The notes beneath the pieces are model-generated. The model ran no database searches. It was not told the origin of the DNA and worked only from the letters and a program-made list of their open reading frames with translations. A stretch of 64,000 nt of DNA from Nanobdellati archaeon (lineage in GTDB: Archaea > Nanobdellota > Nanobdellia > Woesearchaeales > GCA-2686295), in NCBI GenBank assembly GCA_014384375.1, contig JACNFY010000019.1, positions 100,262 through 164,261 of the forward strand, read 5' to 3'. Of the stretch, positions 8,759 to 16,874 are shown in pieces. Position 1 is the stretch's first letter. Each line of letters starts with the position of its first letter. Made by a program: the position numbers and the translations under genes.

Positions 8759-8786
8759 AGACTATGCTGAAACCACACAAAGACAT

Positions 8787-8939
8787 ATGAATGATGATGA
8801 GTTTAAACAGTATGTTAATGATGAAAAGAATGACTTTGCTAACTGGATAAGAGGAGTGTTCCATAATGATTAGTTAGCAGATAAGATAAACAACTTAAAA
8901 TCAAGGGAGGAAACAATACAAACATTGCAATCAAGATAA
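8787..8939 (+). pseudogene. degenerate paralogous fragment of the downstream gene (NDFANW motif), interrupted by an in-frame TAG
   Basis: MNDDEFKQYVNDEKNDFANWIRGVFHND-TAG-LADKINNLKSREETIQTLQSR aligns with residues 32-80 of the 8955 gene (MSDDDFSFHVNDEKNDFANWVRGVFKEKELAEKLFAVKTKDETKKVL). Confidence 0.4.
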
Positions 8940-8954
8940 ATATTTGAAAGAGAG

Positions 8955-9560
8955 GTGAGAAAAGCTTTGAAACCAGAAGAGTACTTTTATTTGAGGAATG
9001 GAAATACATTAAAGAGTATTAAAGAATTCTACGATAGCTTAGAGATTATGTCTGATGATGATTTCTCCTTTCATGTTAATGATGAAAAAAACGATTTTGC
9101 AAACTGGGTAAGAGGTGTTTTCAAAGAAAAAGAATTAGCTGAGAAACTATTTGCAGTAAAGACTAAAGATGAAACTAAGAAGGTTCTAAAAGAATTCTTA
9201 GAACCGTCTAAAGAAAAAACACCTAAGAAAATAGTAGAACCTGCAAGTATTCAGGAATCAAAGGAACTTCTAGATGTTTATTTAAATAAAGAGTTAGAAA
9301 AGGTCAGAACACAGTATGGAATTCCTAGCAAAAAGAAAGTCCATAAAAAAGAGGTAAAGAAAAAACAGGAGTCACAGGAGAAAAAAGAGAAGCATCTAAA
9401 CATCTTTTCCAAATTATTAATCAAAATAAAAACTAGTAAAATATTGGGAAAAACAATCCTCAGAAAGAGTTATGTGGATAATGAGTTAAAGGAACTGGAT
9501 AATGAGATAGAAGACTTTCATGAGGAAGTAGAGGAAAAGTTAGGAGAGCAAGATGAGTAA
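8955..9560 (+). CDS. hypothetical protein with FxxHVNxxKNDFANWV motif and Lys/Glu-rich tail
   Basis: 201-aa ORF with a GTG start preceded by GAGAGG. Conserved-looking N-terminal module duplicated upstream. Confidence 0.5.
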   Translation: MRKALKPEEYFYLRNGNTLKSIKEFYDSLEIMSDDDFSFHVNDEKNDFANWVRGVFKEKELAEKLFAVKTKDETKKVLKEFLEPSKEKTPKKIVEPASIQESKELLDVYLNKELEKVRTQYGIPSKKKVHKKEVKKKQESQEKKEKHLNIFSKLLIKIKTSKILGKTILRKSYVDNELKELDNEIEDFHEEVEEKLGEQDE

Positions 9561-9819
9561 AAAAGTAGAGGTATTAGAAGAACAGAAAAAAGCTATACTT
9601 GAGCAGTACAATCTTAAACTGAAGGAGTTACGATCCAAGATATCTGCTCTAAGAAAAGAAGGAAAGGAGGGTTTAGGAAGGAAGAATTCAAGGAAACTGT
9701 TAAGGAAGAAGTTAAAGAAGAGAAGAAAGAAGATATTATGTGTAAGAAGAATTGAGCTCCCGAAGAATCAATGTGGGAGGGGGAGGGTGGTTAGAGAAGA
9801 GGCTTCAGGGAGCTCATGA
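9553..9819 (+). CDS. hypothetical coiled-coil/basic protein (3' part doubtful)
   Basis: 88-aa ORF overlapping the previous stop. The last ~25 codons run through a GC-rich hairpin, and another frame gives a more natural E/K-rich ending. Confidence 0.3.
   Translation: MSKKVEVLEEQKKAILEQYNLKLKELRSKISALRKEGKEGLGRKNSRKLLRKKLKKRRKKILCVRRIELPKNQCGRGRVVREEASGSS
9754..9815. other. 12-bp-stem hairpin with a G-rich loop at convergent gene ends
   Basis: GAGCTCCCGAAG (9754-9765) pairs with CTTCAGGGAGCTC (9803-9815). The loop holds GTGGGAGGGGGAGGGTGG. Confidence 0.55.
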
Positions 9820-9825
9820 ATATGA

Positions 9826-10248
9826 TTATTTTTTCTTTTTCAGTCTGAATATCTTTGGTGGTCGTCTTAATTCCTGCAACCACATCAAGCCTATCCTCAT
9901 CATGTTTTTGTTGAATTTCTCGCTTAGCTTGTAGGTTTTCTTGTAAAGGTCGTAGTCTATGAGACCCATTGTCTTCATAGGTGTTAATATACGATCGTAA
10001 AATTGCCTTTTGTTATATGATAGCTTGATGTCTTTCCTTATGTTAAATGGAATTTCTTCCTTTGTTTCAAGTATCGTTCCTTCGTGTAATGCAGTCGCGA
10101 ATAATGACATCTCTGTTTTTCCTATCTCGCCGTCTTTGAGCTTCATCTGCTCTATCAATAGTTTAGCCACTAAAACCTGTTGTTTTGTAGCAAAGATTAT
10201 CTCAAAGACACTATCTGGAAAGTTGAACTGATCGAACAAGATTACCAT
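9826..10248 (-). CDS. hypothetical protein
   Basis: 140-aa ORF with AT-rich upstream region containing TATA-like boxes. No motif recognised. Confidence 0.45.
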   Translation of the reverse strand: MVILFDQFNFPDSVFEIIFATKQQVLVAKLLIEQMKLKDGEIGKTEMSLFATALHEGTILETKEEIPFNIRKDIKLSYNKRQFYDRILTPMKTMGLIDYDLYKKTYKLSEKFNKNMMRIGLMWLQELRRPPKIFRLKKKK

Positions 10249-10398
10249 TTTTTTAGCGTTATAGTGGGTTTTTTAGTTATATAATAAATAGACTAATATA
10301 TAAATCTTTCGTTTTGTATACGTTTTTGTATACTAATCTAGTATAATTTACTCAATTTTTCTAAAAAATGAGGAAAAAAAGAAGCAGGAGAGTAAAGT

Positions 10399-12264
10399 TT
10401 AATTTCTAGAGAAGAACTCATCAATTATCTTCTCATAGAGCATGGTCGTCTTGATATTCCAAGAATGAGGGAAACACCTGTTATAGTTACTCCAGGTATA
10501 GCGCTCATCCAAGAATATGATGACGCCTTTGTCATTCTCTGACCTGATGCAGCGGCCAGCACTCTGCAAAGCCTTGTTAAAAGCAGGGAACAAATAACCA
10601 TAATCCCATCCCTTGCCGAACTTCTTGTCATAGTAGTCAATCAAGGCCTTGGACTCAAGGTCAGGTTTTGTAAGAGGCAAGCCGACAATGACAACACCTT
10701 TCAAATAGTCGCCAGGAAGATCAATTCCCTCACCAAAGCTTCCTGAGATAACTCCTAGAAGAACAGCGCCGCTATCCTTGTAGCTCTTGAACTTATCAAG
10801 CAGCTCATGCTTCTCGCTCTTTGAAAGATTAGGATGCTCGATAAAAACTGTTTTCTTACAGAGATCATTGAACTCCTTGTACACAACATCCCTAAGATAA
10901 TAGCTGGGAAAGAAAACAGCGCTGTTACCAGGAATCTTATTCACAATCTTGGCTAGTATCTCAGCTATATCCTTGAACTGCTTATGACTTCTCAGTTCAT
11001 ACTTTGTAGATGTCTTTGGGATAATGATATTTAGCTGGTTTTCTTCAGGAAAAGGACTCTTGTAAGTCTCCTCTTCGGTCTCATCAAAACCTAATAACTC
11101 GTTGTACATGCTTGTAGGTGTAAGAGTGCCAGACATCATAATTGTTGAGTGGGCAGCTTCAATCACGCCTTTTGTAGCCAGACTGGGGTCCAAGCATCTA
11201 TAGCTCAAAACCTTGATTAGCTCTCTCGCGCTTTCCTGCTTTGAGATAATCCTAGTAAAACCTTCATCTCCTCCAAGCCAGGCTTCAAGGAAGACAACTA
11301 TAGAGCCAATATATGACTGCTTCTGCTCTTCACGAACAGCGTCAGCTGCAAGTGAAAGGTCAGCTATTAACTCTTGATAATCACTTATCTCATTTACCTT
11401 CTCAACAAACAAATCCTTGGAGATGTATCGCTCTTCCTCCTTGAAATCTGATAACTCATCCAAGAGTTCACCTATCTGTAACAAGGTGTGTCTTATCGCA
11501 TCATACTTGAACTTCTTAGCCTCAGAAACACCACGCTTTACCATCAAGCTTGAAAGCCTAGCAGTGAACAAATCTTTTACGCGATTTGGAAGATTATGAG
11601 CCTCATCAACAACTACGACAGCATCGCTTAAATCCTTGTCAATCTTCTTCAAGAAGAGAGCACTTATATCAGGGTGGAATATGTAGTAGTAATCACCTAT
11701 TATTATCTTCGCATTCTTAGCCATCAAAACAGATAGCTCATAAGGGCAAACTTTATGTCTTCCACCAACTTCAAAAGAATCCTCTGTAGTGACTTGGTTT
11801 ATGAGCTTTAACTCTGACAAAGCAGCCTTTGTACTAACTGATAGCTTATCCTTTTTCTTTAGGTTTTCATAGAACTCACACTTCTTGTCCTCCCTAATAG
11901 CTCTGCAGTACTCGTTGAACTCAGAGCTGTATAGCTTGTGAACACCAGGCTGCAGGCAAAGACCTCTCTTGCCGATAATGCTCACAGCAACAAAGTCTTT
12001 CTTATGCTTCTTCTTAATCTCTGCAAGAGTATCGATAGCTATCTTGTGCTGTGTATGTCTTGAGGTAAGAAAGAAAACAACCTTATCATGCTTCAACGCG
12101 TATTTCAGACAAGGTGCAAGAGCTGCAGCAGTCTTTCCAAGGCCTGTAGGAGCATGAGCAATAAGATTTCTACCCTTATTTACAACCTCATCAATCTTTA
12201 GAACAAGATTCTCCTGTATCTCCCTCACTTTTTCATGAGGAAACAATAGTTCATCAAAATTCAT
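10399..12264 (-). CDS. xpd: XPD/Rad3-family 5'-3' DNA helicase with Fe-S cluster domain
   Basis: Walker A AHAPTGLGKT, DEAH box VVDEAHN, four Cys of the FeS domain (GLCLQP, EYCRAI, KKCEFY, KVCPYE), and C-terminal QSAGRCIR motif VI. Confidence 0.85.
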   Translation of the reverse strand: MNFDELLFPHEKVREIQENLVLKIDEVVNKGRNLIAHAPTGLGKTAAALAPCLKYALKHDKVVFFLTSRHTQHKIAIDTLAEIKKKHKKDFVAVSIIGKRGLCLQPGVHKLYSSEFNEYCRAIREDKKCEFYENLKKKDKLSVSTKAALSELKLINQVTTEDSFEVGGRHKVCPYELSVLMAKNAKIIIGDYYYIFHPDISALFLKKIDKDLSDAVVVVDEAHNLPNRVKDLFTARLSSLMVKRGVSEAKKFKYDAIRHTLLQIGELLDELSDFKEEERYISKDLFVEKVNEISDYQELIADLSLAADAVREEQKQSYIGSIVVFLEAWLGGDEGFTRIISKQESARELIKVLSYRCLDPSLATKGVIEAAHSTIMMSGTLTPTSMYNELLGFDETEEETYKSPFPEENQLNIIIPKTSTKYELRSHKQFKDIAEILAKIVNKIPGNSAVFFPSYYLRDVVYKEFNDLCKKTVFIEHPNLSKSEKHELLDKFKSYKDSGAVLLGVISGSFGEGIDLPGDYLKGVVIVGLPLTKPDLESKALIDYYDKKFGKGWDYGYLFPAFNKALQSAGRCIRSENDKGVIIFLDERYTWSNYNRCFPHSWNIKTTMLYEKIIDEFFSRN

Positions 12265-12287
12265 AGATAAAAAAGAAAAAGAAACAT

Positions 12288-12295
12288 TTTATAAA
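12288..12295 (-). promoter_or_regulatory. TATA box (TTTATAAA) for xpd
   Basis: Centre is about 26-27 nt upstream of the ATG at 12264, implying a leaderless or near-leaderless mRNA. Confidence 0.5.
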
Positions 12296-12318
12296 TATTG
12301 CTAAGTGAAAATCGAAAA

Positions 12319-13035
12319 TTATTTCTTATCTTTTTTCTTCTCCATAACGCTTTTAATACCTTGTTTTTCCCTTCTCTTCTCCTGCCACTTCTTAAGGGCT
12401 TTTTTTAATTTTCTTGTTAATCTACCGCCTGCTTCTTCAGCTGTTTCTATTCCTTTCTGCCATTTTATACTGTAGTCTCTTAGCACAATGTGTGGATCCT
12501 TTACTTTGTTTTCATAACTGTTGAAGTGAACGAAAGAAGTAAGGAATTTCCTCTCTGATTTTGGTTCTTCAGCAGGATATCCCAATGCGATTATGATTTG
12601 TGGTCTCGCATGATGAAATGTTTCAATAGTGAGCAATGTTTTGACTTTATCCTCATCAAAAGCACCTACCCAGCAGGCTCCAAGACCTAATGCATGAGCA
12701 GCTAATAGCATGTTCTCTGCAGCGGCTGCACAGTTCTGAACAGTGTAGAGTCTCTTTCCTCTTAAGCCATAGAGTCTCTCAGCCTTGTCAGGCTCCCCAC
12801 AAATAACTATGGCTGCTTGAGACTGATTTATTACTTCTTGACGCATACAATGATCGTAAAGCTGTCTGAGAACACCTTTATCTATTACTAGAACAAAACG
12901 GAAGTTCTGAAGGTTACCAGCAGTAGGTGCATGAAGGCCTGCCTCTAAAATTTTAGCTATCTTATCAAACTCTAGTGGTTGCTCTGTGAATTTTCTTATC
13001 GAGCGGCGACTCATGATGCAATCTATTGTATCCAT
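12319..13035 (-). CDS. nitroreductase-family flavoprotein with Lys-rich C-terminal tail
   Basis: IMSRRSIRKFTEQPL...LEAGLHAPTAGNLQNFRFVLV is the classical nitroreductase N-terminal signature. Confidence 0.8.
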   Translation of the reverse strand: MDTIDCIMSRRSIRKFTEQPLEFDKIAKILEAGLHAPTAGNLQNFRFVLVIDKGVLRQLYDHCMRQEVINQSQAAIVICGEPDKAERLYGLRGKRLYTVQNCAAAAENMLLAAHALGLGACWVGAFDEDKVKTLLTIETFHHARPQIIIALGYPAEEPKSERKFLTSFVHFNSYENKVKDPHIVLRDYSIKWQKGIETAEEAGGRLTRKLKKALKKWQEKRREKQGIKSVMEKKKDKK

Positions 13036-13074
13036 GTTCCTTTTTTAGGACCTCCTATTTTAAATATTTAACTA

Positions 13075-13362
13075 TTACCGAAGCTTATATTTGCACATAT
13101 GACAAAATCTTGAGTAACTAAAGTTTTTAGCATTGCATCTAGGACAGAAGATTATGCCACTAGTCTTTTCTTGATGCTCTAAGGTTTTTTCTCTTCTCTT
13201 TGAAGGAGAGAAGATCATCTTGACAACACCCCAGAAGATGAACACTATTCCTATATAGAAGAATATGTTAAAGAAGGGCATATCACTATTTGGTGCAAAC
13301 TGTGAATATCCAGCTACGACCACTCCTATCAGCAAATAAACAAATCCAGGTATCTTTACCAT
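13075..13362 (-). CDS. small membrane protein with C-terminal zinc ribbon
   Basis: Two TM segments followed by CPRC-x12-CHMC. Confidence 0.5.
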   Translation of the reverse strand: MVKIPGFVYLLIGVVVAGYSQFAPNSDMPFFNIFFYIGIVFIFWGVVKMIFSPSKRREKTLEHQEKTSGIIFCPRCNAKNFSYSRFCHMCKYKLR

Positions 13363-13407
13363 AGAGAATTCACTAGATATTGGAATATTAAAAGATTTCT
13401 ATAAATG

Positions 13408-14934
13408 TTATTTTTTTTCAAACTTTTTCAAAGCAGCATCAACTTTTTCTTCTGACCAGCCTACATCTAGAAGAGACTTTTTCATCTCATCTTGAGAAGT
13501 ACCTTTATTAGTTCTCTTCTTTATGTAGTCCTCGAGTTCCTTTCCATTTCCTTTTGAGCCTCTTCGGCGTTTTCCTTCCTTCCAAAACACGTATATAAAC
13601 ACTATAACTACTATCGCAGCTATTAGCCACAGAATATTTAGCCACAGAATATTTACTCTGCTAGGTGGAACTTCCTCTTCTTCAGGTTCTTCAGGTGGTA
13701 CCTCCTCCTCAGGCACAGGCTCAACTTCAGGAACTTCTTCTACCACTTCAGGCACTACTTCTCTAGGTGCTATTGCGAATGTGCTGAAGCCAGATGTTGT
13801 TGCTGTGTAATAAGCATTGCTGTCATCCTCTCTTTCTATAACTGTCTCTAATTCATCCCATTGGGTGGTGTATCTGAACAGTGCAATGTCTTCTTTTGAT
13901 ATTGAGTTATCATCCAGCCAGCTATTAGCCACTCTGAACTTGATGCTTGCCGATGATATGTCTGAGTTCTCAAAGTTTTCTTTAGTGATTTCTAAGTAAG
14001 CGTAAACAGTTCCTTCCTTAGTGTTGGCTGGCTCTGTGACTTGTTTGACAGTTAATTTAGCGTTTGTTATATCAGAGATAAACTCAACGTCTATTGAATC
14101 TGCAAAAATATCTGAATTATCAATTGTCAGAGTCTTTGTTTCACCAGCATTTACTGTTGACCAGACAACTGATTTTGTTGGAATAGTTATGACAGTTACA
14201 TTCGAATCAAAAGTAATATCATCATCATCAACAGCAGCCACTACATCTGTTTCAGTATAAGCACTGAATCTTGTGAAGTGATAAGTCCAAACTATTAAGT
14301 CAGTACTATCATCAAAATAACATTCACCGGCAGTTGGAATTCCTGTATAATCAGTTGCATTAGCACATTGAGTTGTGATTTTAGTAAGTTGTGAGCCTTC
14401 GAAACTAAATGCTGCTTTTTTACCTGTCATTCCAGATAACACAAGTTTTACTGGCGCTGTAAAGTTAAGTCTGACTCCTAAAACTCCAACTTCTACAACT
14501 GCATCTACTTCAGTGGTTTTTCCACTTACAACAGGTGCTACAAAGTCTGTTATTTCTTGAACTGTTGGAATAGATATTAAACCATTCCAGTCTTCAGGTC
14601 CTGTGACAACAGTTCCTGAACTTAGTTCTACTGAATAATTAGCAACACTTGTTTCCCTAGACATTGTAAGGTTGGTTGAAACAGTGATTGTAGGTGCTGC
14701 GCCCGAAGTGTTTAAAACACTTTCAAAGTTAACGACGACCGGTTGATCATCAGGAACATCTGATGAGATGGCTATTGTTTCAACTGTTGCTCCATTAGTA
14801 GCGTCTATAACAACTTCTTGTTCTCCTTCTGATACATTAACTTCTGCTGCTACGATAGCCGCAACTGTTTTTTTAACTGTGAAAGAGAATCTTTTAGCAG
14901 TTGAATTTCCTGCTTTTGTCAAGGTTGCATTCAC
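13408..14934 (-). CDS. PGF-pre-PGF domain surface glycoprotein with C-terminal TM anchor (N-terminus unresolved)
   Basis: TSGFSTFAIAP motif, Pro/Glu-rich linker, TM, basic cytoplasmic tail, and many N-x-S/T sequons. Only a GTG start and no signal peptide; the frame stays open upstream to 15018. Confidence 0.6.
   Translation of the reverse strand: MNATLTKAGNSTAKRFSFTVKKTVAAIVAAEVNVSEGEQEVVIDATNGATVETIAISSDVPDDQPVVVNFESVLNTSGAAPTITVSTNLTMSRETSVANYSVELSSGTVVTGPEDWNGLISIPTVQEITDFVAPVVSGKTTEVDAVVEVGVLGVRLNFTAPVKLVLSGMTGKKAAFSFEGSQLTKITTQCANATDYTGIPTAGECYFDDSTDLIVWTYHFTRFSAYTETDVVAAVDDDDITFDSNVTVITIPTKSVVWSTVNAGETKTLTIDNSDIFADSIDVEFISDITNAKLTVKQVTEPANTKEGTVYAYLEITKENFENSDISSASIKFRVANSWLDDNSISKEDIALFRYTTQWDELETVIEREDDSNAYYTATTSGFSTFAIAPREVVPEVVEEVPEVEPVPEEEVPPEEPEEEEVPPSRVNILWLNILWLIAAIVVIVFIYVFWKEGKRRRGSKGNGKELEDYIKKRTNKGTSQDEMKKSLLDVGWSEEKVDAALKKFEKK
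13623..13652. repeat. perfect 15-bp tandem duplication inside the surface-protein gene
   Basis: TTAGCCACAGAATAT x2 on the plus strand, encoding NILWL-NILWL at the start of the TM anchor. Confidence 0.8.
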
Positions 14935-15314
14935 AACAACTGATTGATCTGCTGAAGCACTTCTGGTAACTGATCCTGAATTATTGATTGCTGTAGTATC
15001 ATCTGAAGCCCAAGCAAATCATCAAAGACACCAATCATAGTAATGATTAGTATAGTCGTAACGATTGCCATTATCTGGAGAGCAGTCCCATACACATTAA
15101 AAAAGAATGTTTGTATAGCAACATAGAAAAAAACCCCTGAAAGAAATCCAATAATAACACAGATGCCACCCATTTCAGGAATCATCTTTTTTCCAAGCTT
15201 ATGCATATCATTACCAACTATTTTAGCCCTTTTAGCCCTTCTAATCCAGACAGGAGTAATAATAAAAGTCACTAGAAAGCTTATAATAAACGTACCTAAC
15301 AACAATGGATTCAT
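14931..15314 (-). pseudogene. truncated AglH/WecA-like (GT4, polyprenyl-phosphate GlcNAc-1-P transferase) N-terminal fragment
   Basis: ITPVWIRRAKRAKIVGNDMHKLGKKMIPEMGG...IGVFDDLLG matches the first ~105 residues of the family and then reads into unrelated sequence. A full-length protein would be about 300+ aa. Confidence 0.55.
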
Positions 15315-15339
15315 AAAGAAACAGAGAAACAAGTTTTAT

Positions 15340-15516
15340 TTAAAGCTTTTTACTTAATTCAGATGGCGAAAGAACAGGAATGCCTTCTTTTATAGGATAA
15401 ACATATTTACACTTCACGCATTGCAATCCTTTTTTATCTTTAGTATAAACTAAATCTGACTTATCAGTTGGACAAGCCAAAATATCAAATAATTCTTTTT
15501 TAATTTCTTCTATCAT
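15340..15516 (-). CDS. trm112: Trm112-family small zinc-ribbon-like protein
   Basis: MIEEIKKELFDILACPTDKSDL...CVKCKYVYPIKEGIPVL is typical of Trm112/UPF0434. Internal ATG at 15516 preferred. Confidence 0.65.
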   Translation of the reverse strand: MIEEIKKELFDILACPTDKSDLVYTKDKKGLQCVKCKYVYPIKEGIPVLSPSELSKKL

Positions 15517-15527
15517 ATTAATCAATC

Positions 15528-16781
15528 TCAAAGCCTGTAAACACATTCATCCTTCCCTAACACGCCTTTTACATCAACAATAACAGGCTTTTTCATCCAT
15601 TTCTTTATATCATCAATTGAAAGTTTCTTATACTCTTTATGCGGGCTTGCTAAGATAACTGCATCCACTTTATCAATATCTTCCAAAGGAGTAACTTTTT
15701 TCTTCAAGCCATCAAACTTTATCTCATCAAAGTAAGGATCATTAACCAACACTTCTCCACCAAGCCTTTCCAGCTCTAAAATAACATCAGCAACCTTGCT
15801 GTTCCTAGAATCCTTAACATCCTCCTTGAAAGTAACCCCTAATATTAATATCTTAGAACCATTAACAGCTTTTCCATGTTTATTAAGTCCTTCACAAAGA
15901 AGTCTAACAACTTCCAAATACATCTCATCATTTATCTTACGACCAGCTAAGATAACCTGTGGTATGTAACCAACCTCTTCAGCCTTATATGTCAGGTAAT
16001 AAGGGTCAACACCTATACAATGTCCTCCAACCAAACCAGGCTTAAAATCCAAGAAATTCCACTTGGAGCCAGCAGCTTCCAAAACATCAAGAGTATCAAT
16101 ACCTATTCGTTTAAATATTAAGCTCAACTCATTAACCAATGCAATGTTCAAATCTCGTTGAGTATTCTCAATAACCTTGGCAGCTTCTGCAACCTTAATA
16201 GAACTAGCCTTATAAACATCAGTCACTTTAGAATAAACAAAAGCAATCTTCTCCAAAGAATCTTTATCCATACCAGCAACAACCTTTGTAATCTTATCCA
16301 CAGTATGAACCTTATCACCAGGGTTTATCCTTTCAGGAGAATAACCAACCTTCCAATCAACACCGCACTTCAACCCAGACTCTTTCTCAATTACAGGCAC
16401 ACAAACATCCTCGGTCACTCCTGGATATACTGTGCTTTCAAAGACAACAATACTATTCTTAGCCAAATTCCTGCCCACTAAAGAAGATGCAGATTTCAAA
16501 TAGCTGAGATCAGGCTTTTTATTAGTGGATATTGGGGTTGGCACAGCAACAATGACAAAATCACAATTTTTAATAACAGAAGCATCTGAAGTGTATTCTA
16601 TATTCGCACCTTTCAATTCTTTCTCAGAAACATCTCCATTCTCATCAATACCTGAAGAGAGGTTAGCAATCCTTTTTTCACTGACATCAAAACCATAGAC
16701 CTTGAAACTCTTAGCCAAATGAATAGCCAACGGCAGACCAACATATCCAAGTCCGACAACACAAATCTTAAACCCCTTCAT
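15528..16781 (-). CDS. nucleotide-sugar dehydrogenase (UDP-GlcNAc/UDP-ManNAc 6-dehydrogenase-like)
   Basis: Rossmann start KICVVGLGYVGLPLA and catalytic-Cys block GLVGGHCIGVDP. Confidence 0.85.
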   Translation of the reverse strand: MKGFKICVVGLGYVGLPLAIHLAKSFKVYGFDVSEKRIANLSSGIDENGDVSEKELKGANIEYTSDASVIKNCDFVIVAVPTPISTNKKPDLSYLKSASSLVGRNLAKNSIVVFESTVYPGVTEDVCVPVIEKESGLKCGVDWKVGYSPERINPGDKVHTVDKITKVVAGMDKDSLEKIAFVYSKVTDVYKASSIKVAEAAKVIENTQRDLNIALVNELSLIFKRIGIDTLDVLEAAGSKWNFLDFKPGLVGGHCIGVDPYYLTYKAEEVGYIPQVILAGRKINDEMYLEVVRLLCEGLNKHGKAVNGSKILILGVTFKEDVKDSRNSKVADVILELERLGGEVLVNDPYFDEIKFDGLKKKVTPLEDIDKVDAVILASPHKEYKKLSIDDIKKWMKKPVIVDVKGVLGKDECVYRL

Positions 16782-16874
16782 CTAAACAAAAAACCATCTT
16801 CTTTTTTTAAAGGTTGTTGAAAAAATAATCTTAAAAGACAAACCTTTTTAAGTTTCTCGAGATAACCAAAAGTT

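Noticed and set aside
8669-8760. Possible CRISPR array
   Set aside because: The repeat unit is only 5 nt at 11-nt period, with no 24-40 nt repeats or spacers and no cas genes. It is not a CRISPR.
8640-8954. Possible replication origin (AT-rich spacer with iteron-like repeats)
   Set aside because: There is no Orc1/Cdc6 gene nearby, and no ORB-like elements with the G-string were recognised. The repeats are reported only as a candidate operator array.
10425-10640. 71-aa alternative-frame ORF within xpd, and similar short ORFs within the hydrogenase, ahcY, FAD-dehydrogenase and nuclease genes (for example 54169-54591, 34562-35128)
   Set aside because: They are nested in or antisense to strongly supported genes and have no motifs. 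They are explained by chance open frames.
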